Origin: an uncultured Alphaproteobacteria bacterium
GTDB lineage: Bacteria > Pseudomonadota > Alphaproteobacteria > HIMB59 > GCA-002718135
DNA: 64,000 nt
Direction of reading: 5' to 3'
NCBI GenBank assembly: GCA_902553005.1
Contig: CACDIK010000004.1
Location: 5,379 to 69,378, forward strand
The position numbers and the translations under genes were made by a program. Under the pieces are notes generated by a model, which saw nothing but the letters and a program-made list of their open reading frames with translations, ran no database searches and was not told the DNA's origin. How positions within the stretch are numbered: the first letter of the stretch is position 1; every line of letters begins with the position of its first letter. This document shows positions 39,733-48,599 of the stretch, in pieces.

Positions 39733-41501
39733 ACAAAGAGCTGTATAAAAAAATAATTTATGAATTTAATAATTCAAGTTTTAAAGAGTGTTACAATCTC
39801 GCAATAAAATTGAACAAGAATCAATATGATGAGAAAATTTTAAAAATATTAACAATATCAAGTTATAAAACACAACATTATATAGATGCAATTAAATACG
39901 GTCTTAAACTTTATACTTCAAAAAAAATAGAAAATAATCAACAAATACTTAATATTTTAGGTGTATCATATTCTATTAACAAAGATTATGAAAATGGTAA
40001 TATTTTTTTTGAAAAACTTCTTTTGATTAATCCAAAAAATAATTCAGTAAAATATAATTTAGCATTAAATTATTTTGAACAAAAAAAATATATAGATGCA
40101 GAAAAGATTTTAAGTGAATTTATTTCTAAAGAAATTGAATTTGAAAATGTAGAACTTATTTATGGAATGATTCATTCTGAATTAAAGAATTATGATAAAG
40201 CAATAGAAGTTTTTGAAAATCTAATCAATAGAAAAAAAAAATTAGCAGATGTATTTTATAATTTAGGAATAATTTATCAAAAAATAAATAATTATACTTT
40301 ATCCATCAAATATCTGGAAAAAGCTATTGAACAAAATGATACTAATCACTTCTTCTTTAACTCATTAGGAGTAAGTCAGCAAAAAATGTTTAATTACAAA
40401 GAAGCAGAAAAAAATTATAATTTAGCAATTAGTTTAAATAAAAATTATAGTAACGCATTTAGCAACCTTGGTTTACTAAAAAAAAGACAAGGTTTTTTTG
40501 ATGATGCAATAAAATATTTTGACCAGGCATTAAATATTGAACCTAAAAATTCACAAATTCTATATAATAAGTCTATTTGTTTATTAGAAACAGGAAATTA
40601 CAAAGAAGGTTTAAATTTATATAAATGGAGACAAAATGGAAAATATGCAAAAAATAATTATCTAGATTTAGATATTAAAACTATCAGAGATAAGAAAATA
40701 CTTATCACTTGTGACCAGGGTCTTGGAGACACTATACTATTAAGTAGATACGTTTTATTACTTTTAAATTATAATGCTCAAGTAGTTTTCCAAATACCAA
40801 AATCCCTTAAAGTATTGTTTAAAAATTTTAATAAAGAAATTCATTTAACTAGTGAACCAGTTTTAAAGGAAAATTTTAATTATATATATTCACTAGGTGA
40901 TTTATTAAAAATTTTTAAAGTAAATGAATTAAATATTCAAAAGAAAGATTCATACATAAATATTGATCATCAATGGATTGAAAAATGGGAAAATAGGATT
41001 GATAAAAGTAAATTTAATATTGGCATTGCCTGGCAAGGAAAAGAGGGGACTAGTCTTGATGAAGGAAGGTCATTCAGGTTAAATAATTTTCAAAAAATAT
41101 CAAAAATGAGGAATATACAACTCATTAGTTTACAAAAAAATGATGGTTTAGATCAAATTAAAAATTTTTCAAAAAAAAATAAAATTATTAATTTTGATAA
41201 TAACTTAGACATAGATGCAAAGTTTATGGACACAGCTGGAATAATGAAAAACTTAGATTTAGTTATAACTTCAGATACTTCCATTGTGCATTTAGCAGGA
41301 GCATTGGGTGTTTCTACTTGGCTATTAGTTCAAAAATATCCACATTGGTATTGGAGAAATATAAATGAAAAATCACTATGGTATGAATCTGTTAAAATTT
41401 TAAGACAAACGGAAAATCATAATTGGAAAAAACTATTTTTAGAAGTCGAATTGAAATTATCTGATATCTTAAAAAAAAATGTTAATTTTAAAAATATTTA
41501 A
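39729..41501 (+). CDS. TPR-repeat protein with C-terminal GT9-like glycosyltransferase domain
   Basis: 590 aa. About 8 TPR repeats are followed by QGLGDTILLSRYV... and ...ITSDTSIVHLAGALGVSTWLL, which are heptosyltransferase (GT9)-type motifs. The ATGA start overlaps the ligase stop. Confidence 0.7.
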   Translation: MNKELYKKIIYEFNNSSFKECYNLAIKLNKNQYDEKILKILTISSYKTQHYIDAIKYGLKLYTSKKIENNQQILNILGVSYSINKDYENGNIFFEKLLLINPKNNSVKYNLALNYFEQKKYIDAEKILSEFISKEIEFENVELIYGMIHSELKNYDKAIEVFENLINRKKKLADVFYNLGIIYQKINNYTLSIKYLEKAIEQNDTNHFFFNSLGVSQQKMFNYKEAEKNYNLAISLNKNYSNAFSNLGLLKKRQGFFDDAIKYFDQALNIEPKNSQILYNKSICLLETGNYKEGLNLYKWRQNGKYAKNNYLDLDIKTIRDKKILITCDQGLGDTILLSRYVLLLLNYNAQVVFQIPKSLKVLFKNFNKEIHLTSEPVLKENFNYIYSLGDLLKIFKVNELNIQKKDSYINIDHQWIEKWENRIDKSKFNIGIAWQGKEGTSLDEGRSFRLNNFQKISKMRNIQLISLQKNDGLDQIKNFSKKNKIINFDNNLDIDAKFMDTAGIMKNLDLVITSDTSIVHLAGALGVSTWLLVQKYPHWYWRNINEKSLWYESVKILRQTENHNWKKLFLEVELKLSDILKKNVNFKNI

Positions 41502-42334
41502 AATAAATTAAGCTTGTTATTCTCAGCTAAATGCGACCATAATTTAGGAAAATCCCTCTTAAATTGTATTTGGGCTTTTTCAGCCTCAGTTTTATTTTGA
41601 AATACACTAAAAATGCAAGATCCACTTCCTGTAAGTCTAGAAAATATTACATCTTCTAAATTATTTAAATAATTCATGATTTTTGAAAATTGAGGTTCTG
41701 TTTTTTTAAGTAATTTTTCAAAATCATTACCTGAATCTTGATCATTAATTTCTTCTAAATCAAAATCTTCATTAAAATCATAATCAGATTGCTTAAATGA
41801 ATTGTACATTAATTTAGTTGAGCACGTAAAGGTTGGCTTAATAATTAAAAAATAATATTTTGGATATACCATATTTGAGATTAATTCTCCTTTGCCTCGT
41901 ATTAAAGCATCTTTTTGATGCAAGAAAACTGGAATATCAGCACCAAGATTAACATATTCAAATATATTTTTTTTTACTATTAATTCTAAATTTTCTAAAA
42001 TTTTAATTACAGTTGCAGCATTTGACGAAGCAGAACCTAATCCAGCTTGATAAGGAAAATTCTTCGATATAGTAAAAAGAAGTTTTGGCGCGTCTATGTT
42101 TAAGTAAGAGAAAAGTTTCTTTATAATACAGTCATCAAATATTTTTTTGTTAGGTGCAAAAGGACCTACATATTCCACTTCAAATTTATAATGAGGCTTA
42201 ACTATTATTTCATCATAGAGATCAATAAAAGTGACACCAGTTCGAATATTATGAAACCCATCCTTTCGTTTATTGATAATTTTTAAAAATAAATTTATTT
42301 TTGCAGGTGATTTTTCAATTATTTTATCCAGCAT
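41498..42334 (-). CDS. ispE: 4-diphosphocytidyl-2-C-methyl-D-erythritol kinase
   Basis: 278 aa. N-terminus PAKINLFLKI..KR.DGFH, plus the GHMP kinase motif PYQAGLGSASSNAA. Confidence 0.85.
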   Translation of the reverse strand: MLDKIIEKSPAKINLFLKIINKRKDGFHNIRTGVTFIDLYDEIIVKPHYKFEVEYVGPFAPNKKIFDDCIIKKLFSYLNIDAPKLLFTISKNFPYQAGLGSASSNAATVIKILENLELIVKKNIFEYVNLGADIPVFLHQKDALIRGKGELISNMVYPKYYFLIIKPTFTCSTKLMYNSFKQSDYDFNEDFDLEEINDQDSGNDFEKLLKKTEPQFSKIMNYLNNLEDVIFSRLTGSGSCIFSVFQNKTEAEKAQIQFKRDFPKLWSHLAENNKLNLF

Positions 42335-43634
42335 TAATATTATCTAATTTGCTTTGAACATCTTCAGTTATTTCATCTTCTGGTTCAGCCAATTCTAGTG
42401 CTTGTTGCCAAAAATGAATTGCTTCTCTTTTTCTATTCATAGCATAATAAATATCACCAAGATGGTCTAGAGATATTGCTTCACCAGGGGCAATATCTAT
42501 TACCTTTTCCATTAACCTTGCAGCTTCTGAAAGATTATTTTTTTTAAAATGAGCCCACGCTAAACTATCTATAATATAAAAACTATCAGGGTTAGCTTTG
42601 TATGCTTTCTCTAACATTTTTAACGAACGATCTAGTTTGATATCTCTTTCAACCCAGCCATATGCAAGATAATTTAATACATTTGGAGTACCTGGCTGTA
42701 GTTCTAATGATTTTAAAAAATCTTTTTCTGCAAGTTCCCAGTTATCTTTTCTTTCATAACAAATACCCCTCATGTAATATATGTTCCAAAGATCATCTTG
42801 ATTTTCTTTAACCATTTCATCATAAATTTTTAATGCTAAGTCAAACTTTTTATTGTAACGATAAAAATCAGCAAGGACTCGTTTAAGTGAATAATTATTA
42901 TTATTATTTTCAACTATAGATTTTATTTGTATTTCAGCTTCTTCGTAAGGACTATTAAACAAGTAATGACGAGCAAGATTATTCTGTGCATCAAGATAAA
43001 AAAAATTATTTTTATTAACTTGTTTGTATATATCTACTGCAACTTGATGCTGACCAACCTGATCAAATAACTCAGCTTTTATTATGATTGCTCTATCATT
43101 TTCAGGATCAATAATTTTTGCGAGAGATATATAAAATAACAAAAAATTATAATTTAAACGTCTTTGTTCATTATTCGAATAAGAAGAAGATACAATCTCA
43201 ACAAGTGCCCTACTTATAGTATCAATATCTTTAAGTGTATTATTTGAAAAAAAAATAAATTCTAGTACTTCACTGGGTTGTTCTAAATTTTTTCTGAGCT
43301 CGATAATTTTATTAAATTTTTCTTCTTTATAAAATGATGCAGCTGAAATTATGAGAGCTTCAGCATTATTTTTGTCCTTGGTTAATATATTTTTGGCAAT
43401 TTTTGATGCTAAATCTATATCTTCGGTAATTATAGCTGCGATAGCTTTATCCAAAAGACTATCTTCTGATAGATTTACTTTGTCTATATCAAAATTAAGA
43501 AGAGACGAGCTATAATCATAATTTTCATAAGCAGATTGAGAAATTAGAAAAGATGAACTAGTTAATGCAAAAGCACTAGAGTTAATTACTAAAATAATTG
43601 AGATAATTTGTAGTTTTTTAATTAAATTAATCAT
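42324..43634 (-). CDS. Secreted TPR-repeat protein
   Basis: 436 aa. Signal peptide and multiple TPR repeats. It lies upstream of, and overlaps, ispE, an arrangement common in alphaproteobacteria. Confidence 0.65.
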   Translation of the reverse strand: MINLIKKLQIISIILVINSSAFALTSSSFLISQSAYENYDYSSSLLNFDIDKVNLSEDSLLDKAIAAIITEDIDLASKIAKNILTKDKNNAEALIISAASFYKEEKFNKIIELRKNLEQPSEVLEFIFFSNNTLKDIDTISRALVEIVSSSYSNNEQRRLNYNFLLFYISLAKIIDPENDRAIIIKAELFDQVGQHQVAVDIYKQVNKNNFFYLDAQNNLARHYLFNSPYEEAEIQIKSIVENNNNNYSLKRVLADFYRYNKKFDLALKIYDEMVKENQDDLWNIYYMRGICYERKDNWELAEKDFLKSLELQPGTPNVLNYLAYGWVERDIKLDRSLKMLEKAYKANPDSFYIIDSLAWAHFKKNNLSEAARLMEKVIDIAPGEAISLDHLGDIYYAMNRKREAIHFWQQALELAEPEDEITEDVQSKLDNINAG

Positions 43635-43681
43635 TTCAAAAATAGTAGAGTTACACTATGAATAGATAATTGTAATTTTCC

Positions 43682-44386
43682 ATGAATCAATCAAATAAAA
43701 AAAATTTAGAATTTATAATTAATTCTGGGTTAAACTACTTCCTTCAGGATTCTCCTAGAAAATGGTTTGAAAATGAGAAAAAATTAGTGCAGTCTGATTT
43801 TAACAAAAATACTGGGGATAAAAAAACTCAAATTGATGAAGTTATAAAAGATTTAAAAAATCATAAATCTTCTCTTCAAAAATCAGCGACAAAGTTAGTA
43901 GTTTATGATGGTAACTTAAACGCAAAGGTAATGTTAATTGGTGAAGCGCCAGGTAGAGATGAGGATCAACAAGGAATTCCATTTGTTGGAAGAGCCGGAC
44001 AACTTTTAAATAAAATGCTTTTGGCCATTAATTTAGAAAGAGAAGACGTTTATATTACTAATGTAGTTAATTGGAGACCACCTGATAATAGAACGCCTAA
44101 TGATAATGAAATTCTAGAATTTTTACCCTTTTTGCAAAGACAAATTGATATTATTAAACCTAAATTTATCTTCCTATTAGGTGGAGTTGCAGCAAAAGCT
44201 ATTTTATCAACACCTCTTGCGCTTGGAAAACTCAGGGGTAAATGGCATGAATACAAATCACTTAACTTAGAACAAGGTATTCCTACAATAGCTTCCTATC
44301 ATCCTGCTTTTTTACTTCGATCTCCTCAGTATAAAAAACATTCTTGGGAAGATTTACAAATGTTACAAGAAAAAATTGAAAAATGA
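43682..44386 (+). CDS. Uracil-DNA glycosylase, family 4
   Basis: 234 aa. Family-4 motifs GEAPGRDEDQQGIPFVGRAGQLL and HPAFLLR. Confidence 0.85.
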   Translation: MNQSNKKNLEFIINSGLNYFLQDSPRKWFENEKKLVQSDFNKNTGDKKTQIDEVIKDLKNHKSSLQKSATKLVVYDGNLNAKVMLIGEAPGRDEDQQGIPFVGRAGQLLNKMLLAINLEREDVYITNVVNWRPPDNRTPNDNEILEFLPFLQRQIDIIKPKFIFLLGGVAAKAILSTPLALGKLRGKWHEYKSLNLEQGIPTIASYHPAFLLRSPQYKKHSWEDLQMLQEKIEK

Positions 44387-46128
44387 GTTATAAAAAATTT
44401 TCAATTTTTTGTTTTTTTATTTTTTTTGTAATTCTTTCGAAACAAATACATGCATATCAAAAAGATATAGTTATCAAATACGATAATATATTTTCATCAA
44501 AGGTTCTAAGCGATGAAGACGTTTATAATTATCAACAAGCTTACAAGTTTCAAGAAATATGCAAATGGAAAAGTGCAAATAATTTTATTTTAAAAATTAA
44601 AAATAAATCTTTGCTTGGACATATATATGCTCAGAAATTTTTGCATCCTAATTGTTATCGATCGAAGTATTTAGAGTTATATTATTGGCTCAAAAAATAT
44701 AACGATCATCCTCAAGCTAAACAAATTTATAAATTAGCTATTAGACGAATGCCCGCTGGTTATAAAAGTCCAACAAAACCTTCTAATCCTATTGGTATAG
44801 AATCAGAACAGGTAACAAGTAAAAAAAATAGTAAATATAAAAGCTCCAAAAAACTATCGAATAGTCAGAAAGCTGAAAAAAGAAAATTAATTAATGGTAT
44901 AAAATCAAGAGTTAATAAAGGATGGCCAACAGGAGCAGTACAACTATTAAACCAAAGAGATGTAGATTTATTATTAGATCAAGTTGAAATAGATCAACAA
45001 AAGGAATTAATTGCCAAAGGATATTTCTTAGCAAATAAAAATGACTTGGCAATTCAATATGCTTCTGAAGCTCTTGTTAATTCAGCAAAATATGTCCCAT
45101 ATGCAGCTTGGACCGCTGGTCTATGCTCTTGGAGATTAGAAAAGTATGAAAATGCTGCAAAATATTTTTCTCTTTTTTCGATAAGTTTAAAAGATGATGC
45201 GTGGCATCAAACATCAGGTAGTTTTTGGACAGCTAGATCATATGCAAAACTTGGTCGCTATGATGATATTAATTTTTGGTTAAAAAGAGCATCAAATAAT
45301 CCAAATAGTTTTTATGGAATGCTTGCACTTGAAATCTTGGGCGTCGATAAAAAAATAGAATGGGTAGAGCATACTGATCTTAATAAAAATAATAGCACTA
45401 TTTTAAATATACCAGCAGGAAAAAGAATACAGACATTGATACAAGTTGGATTTGCCGACGAATTAGAGAAAGAAATTGTTCATATTAATTCCATTTTAAA
45501 TAGAGAAATAGCAAAGGAGTCTATTCAAATTGCTGAAAATTTCGATCTTGCCTATACACAATTAAAAATTGTTAATAAGCTAGAAAATTTTGGTATGGAT
45601 GTTTCAACCTACCTATATTACCCAACAAGTATTTGGAAACCAAGAGATGGTTTCAAATTAGAAAAAGAATTACTCCATGCCTTTATGCATCAAGAATCTA
45701 TGTTTAATATAAAAGCAAAAAGTAAAGACGGTGCCATAGGTTTAATGCAGGTCTTACCTTCGACGGCAAAATTTATTACCAAAAGTAAAGATGTAAAAAG
45801 AAGCAATAGTAATATTCTTAAAAATCCAGAAATAAATCTAGAGGTTGGGCAAGAATACCTTACGTATCTTCTGGATCTAGAGCAAGTTTCAAGAAATCTT
45901 ATATTTCTAGCAGCAGCTTATAATGGTGGTCCAGGAAATTTACAAAAATGGAAAAATGAAACAAACTATATGGAAGACTCACTCTTTTTTATGGAAAGTA
46001 TTCCTTCAAGAGAAACAAGGTGGTTTATTGAAAAGATTTTAACAAAATATTGGATTTACCAAAATAAAAATAATAAGGAAATGCGTTCCTTAAAAATGCT
46101 GGCAAATGGAAATGATCCACTCTATTAA
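44383..46128 (+). CDS. Soluble lytic murein transglycosylase (Slt-like)
   Basis: 581 aa. Signal peptide, a superhelical N-terminal region and a C-terminal SLT domain (HQESMFN...GAIGLMQV...AAAYNGGPGN). Confidence 0.8.
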   Translation: MSYKKFSIFCFFIFFVILSKQIHAYQKDIVIKYDNIFSSKVLSDEDVYNYQQAYKFQEICKWKSANNFILKIKNKSLLGHIYAQKFLHPNCYRSKYLELYYWLKKYNDHPQAKQIYKLAIRRMPAGYKSPTKPSNPIGIESEQVTSKKNSKYKSSKKLSNSQKAEKRKLINGIKSRVNKGWPTGAVQLLNQRDVDLLLDQVEIDQQKELIAKGYFLANKNDLAIQYASEALVNSAKYVPYAAWTAGLCSWRLEKYENAAKYFSLFSISLKDDAWHQTSGSFWTARSYAKLGRYDDINFWLKRASNNPNSFYGMLALEILGVDKKIEWVEHTDLNKNNSTILNIPAGKRIQTLIQVGFADELEKEIVHINSILNREIAKESIQIAENFDLAYTQLKIVNKLENFGMDVSTYLYYPTSIWKPRDGFKLEKELLHAFMHQESMFNIKAKSKDGAIGLMQVLPSTAKFITKSKDVKRSNSNILKNPEINLEVGQEYLTYLLDLEQVSRNLIFLAAAYNGGPGNLQKWKNETNYMEDSLFFMESIPSRETRWFIEKILTKYWIYQNKNNKEMRSLKMLANGNDPLY

Positions 46129-46134
46129 TAGGTT

Positions 46135-46662
46135 ATGCCAATTGATACTTCTTTAAATTTTGTTCCCATAAACATAGCTGTTATTACAATTTCAGATTCA
46201 AGGACTAAAGAGAATGATACATCTGGAGATACATTAGAAAAGCGCATTACTGATGCTGGTCATAATATGATTAAACGAACAATTATTCCAGATGATGTTT
46301 CTCAAATAAAAGATACGTTAGATGCAATGTCAAAAGAAGAAGAAATTGATTGCATCATTACAACTGGTGGTACTGGGTTAACAGGAAGAGATACAACACC
46401 AGAAGCTGTTAATGAAATTGCTAGTAAACATATAGATGGGTTTGGGGAATTATTTCGACAATTGAGTTATGAAAAAATTGGCACATCGGCTATTCAATCA
46501 CGTGCTGTTGCAGCTTTAATAAATAGTACCTATGTTTTTTGCTTACCTGGGTCAACCGGTGCATGCAAGGACGGCTGGGATGAAATTTTACAATATCAAT
46601 TAGACATTAGGCATAAGCCCTGTAATTTTGTTGAAATCATGCCAAGATTAAATGAAAAATAG
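46135..46662 (+). CDS. moaB: MoaB/MogA-family molybdenum cofactor biosynthesis protein
   Basis: 175 aa. Motifs ...ITISDSR..., ITTGGTGLTGRD.TPEA and PGSTGA. Confidence 0.75.
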   Translation: MPIDTSLNFVPINIAVITISDSRTKENDTSGDTLEKRITDAGHNMIKRTIIPDDVSQIKDTLDAMSKEEEIDCIITTGGTGLTGRDTTPEAVNEIASKHIDGFGELFRQLSYEKIGTSAIQSRAVAALINSTYVFCLPGSTGACKDGWDEILQYQLDIRHKPCNFVEIMPRLNEK

Positions 46663-47276
46663 TGACTGATTTTTCTATAGAGAAATCAATTGACGGACCT
46701 GTAGTTGGTTTAGATGAAGTTGGCAGAGGTCCATTGGCGGGCCCTGTGGTGAGTTGTGGATGTTATTTTTCTAATTATGATGATTTAGAATCAGAAATAC
46801 CCATAACTGATTCAAAAAAACATACGGCAAAACAGAGAGAAAAATTATTTATATTTTTTAAAAAATTACAAAAAGAAAGAAAACTCCAATATTACTTAGG
46901 TTATGCAAGTGTAGAAGAAATAGATAGAATTAATATTTTGGAAGCAACAAAATTATCGATGAAAAGAGTAATAAATAAATTTAATTTTGAGAATCCCCAT
47001 CTTATTATAGATGGAAACTTTTCATTACATTATCAAAATGAAAAATCTATTATAGGTGGTGATAAAAAATCTTTATCTATTGCAAGTGCATCTATTATTG
47101 CAAAAGTTCACCGTGATCGACTAATGAGTATACTTGATGCTAAATTTAAAGTTTATGATTGGAAAAAAAATGCGGGATACGGAACTCAAAAACATATTGA
47201 TGCAATACATAAACATGGCATAACTAATTTTCACCGAAAATCTTTTGAACCGATTAAATCCCTGTTAAAAAAATAA
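46662..47276 (+). CDS. rnhB: Ribonuclease HII (GTG start)
   Basis: 204 aa. Active-site motif GLDEVGRGPLAGPVV, then ...DSKK......ASIIAKV.RD. Confidence 0.9.
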   Translation: MTDFSIEKSIDGPVVGLDEVGRGPLAGPVVSCGCYFSNYDDLESEIPITDSKKHTAKQREKLFIFFKKLQKERKLQYYLGYASVEEIDRINILEATKLSMKRVINKFNFENPHLIIDGNFSLHYQNEKSIIGGDKKSLSIASASIIAKVHRDRLMSILDAKFKVYDWKKNAGYGTQKHIDAIHKHGITNFHRKSFEPIKSLLKK

Positions 47277-47401
47277 ATTAATTAAATTTGTCCATGCAAA
47301 TATTGCATAACAAATATTATTTTATTATGCTTCAAAAAGATGCGACAAAAACTAAATATAAATTAGATTTCATCATTCCTCCCATTTGATGAACTATTCT
47401 A

Positions 47402-47424
47402 GGGGTCTACGGACCCCTTTTTTT
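47402..47424 (+). terminator. Rho-independent terminator
   Basis: ggggtc-tacg-gacccc followed by 7 T. It is 125 nt downstream of the rnhB stop and 105 nt upstream of ccrM. Confidence 0.75.
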
Positions 47425-47462
47425 ATGTATTAGGGCAAAATTTAAGGTTATCCCTACCTAAA

Positions 47463-47516
47463 GATTCCCCCTGTTGATAACTCAATTGACCTGATTCCAT
47501 ATCTGCTTAAAGATTC
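47463..47516 (+). promoter_or_regulatory. Cluster of three GANTC (GATTC) methylation sites in the ccrM upstream region
   Basis: GATTC occurs at 47463-47467, 47493-47497 and 47512-47516. All three fall within the 70 nt preceding the ccrM start at 47529. Confidence 0.4.
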
Positions 47517-47528
47517 TTTTTATCAATT

Positions 47529-48599
47529 ATGAAGAAAAATCAGATCATTTTAGGCGATTCCATTAAGGAAATGAAAAAACTAAAAGATCATTCTGTTGAT
47601 CTTATTTTTGCTGACCCACCTTACAATCTTCAATTAAAAGATACATTATACAGACCTGATCAAACAACCGTCGAAGCTGTTACACAAGATTGGGATAAAT
47701 TTAGTACGTATAAAGAATATGATCAATTTACCAATGCGTGGCTTAGTGAATGCAAAAGAGTGTTAAAAAAAGGTGGAGCTCTTTGGGTGATAGGTAGTTA
47801 TCATAATATTTTACGAGTTGGTTCTACGATCCAAGATGAAGGCTTATGGATTTTAAATGATATTATTTGGCATAAAACAAATCCCATGCCAAACTTTCGC
47901 GGTACACGTTTCACAAATGCGCATGAAACGCTGTTATGGTGCACAACATCAAGAGAAGCAAAATACACATTTAACTATCAAAATCTCAAAGAACTAAATG
48001 AAGGAAAACAAATGCGCAGTGACTGGTATATTCCTATTTGTTCAGGCAAAGAAAGATTACGTAAAGATAACAATCAACGATCGCATCCAACACAAAAACC
48101 AGAAGCGCTACTCTACCGAATTCTCTTAGCCTCAACAAACAAAGGTGATCTTGTTCTTGATCCATTTTCAGGAAGTGGAACAACTGCTGTTGTTGCAAAA
48201 AAATTACAGCGTAACTTTATTGGCATAGAAAAAGATAAAGATTACGTTAAACTTTCAAAAGAAAGATTAAAGAAAACCAAAGTATTAAAAGAAGATGTTG
48301 TCACTATTGCAAAAAGTAGAAAAGAATTACCAAAAGTTCCTTTTGGTGAATTAGTCGAACAAGGAATTATTCCACCCGGTGCCGTATTAACAGATAAAAA
48401 AGAACGCTTTAAAGCAACAGTTAGTATTGATGGAACTCTTAAAATAAAAGATTTAACAGGTTCTATTCATCAAATGGGAGCAAAAATACAAGGACTACCA
48501 AGTTGCAATGGATGGGATTTTTGGCATATGAAAAACAAATCCAAATCTATCCTTCTAGATGAAATACGATCTAACTACCGTAAAGATAAACTAAATTAA
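47529..48599 (+). CDS. ccrM: CcrM-type N6-adenine DNA methyltransferase (beta class, GANTC-type by homology)
   Basis: 356 aa. Motif IV DPPY near the N-terminus (IFADPPYNL). Motif I follows (DPFSGSGTT). It has the about 80-aa C-terminal extension characteristic of alphaproteobacterial CcrM. No cognate restriction gene is present. Confidence 0.85.
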   Translation: MKKNQIILGDSIKEMKKLKDHSVDLIFADPPYNLQLKDTLYRPDQTTVEAVTQDWDKFSTYKEYDQFTNAWLSECKRVLKKGGALWVIGSYHNILRVGSTIQDEGLWILNDIIWHKTNPMPNFRGTRFTNAHETLLWCTTSREAKYTFNYQNLKELNEGKQMRSDWYIPICSGKERLRKDNNQRSHPTQKPEALLYRILLASTNKGDLVLDPFSGSGTTAVVAKKLQRNFIGIEKDKDYVKLSKERLKKTKVLKEDVVTIAKSRKELPKVPFGELVEQGIIPPGAVLTDKKERFKATVSIDGTLKIKDLTGSIHQMGAKIQGLPSCNGWDFWHMKNKSKSILLDEIRSNYRKDKLN

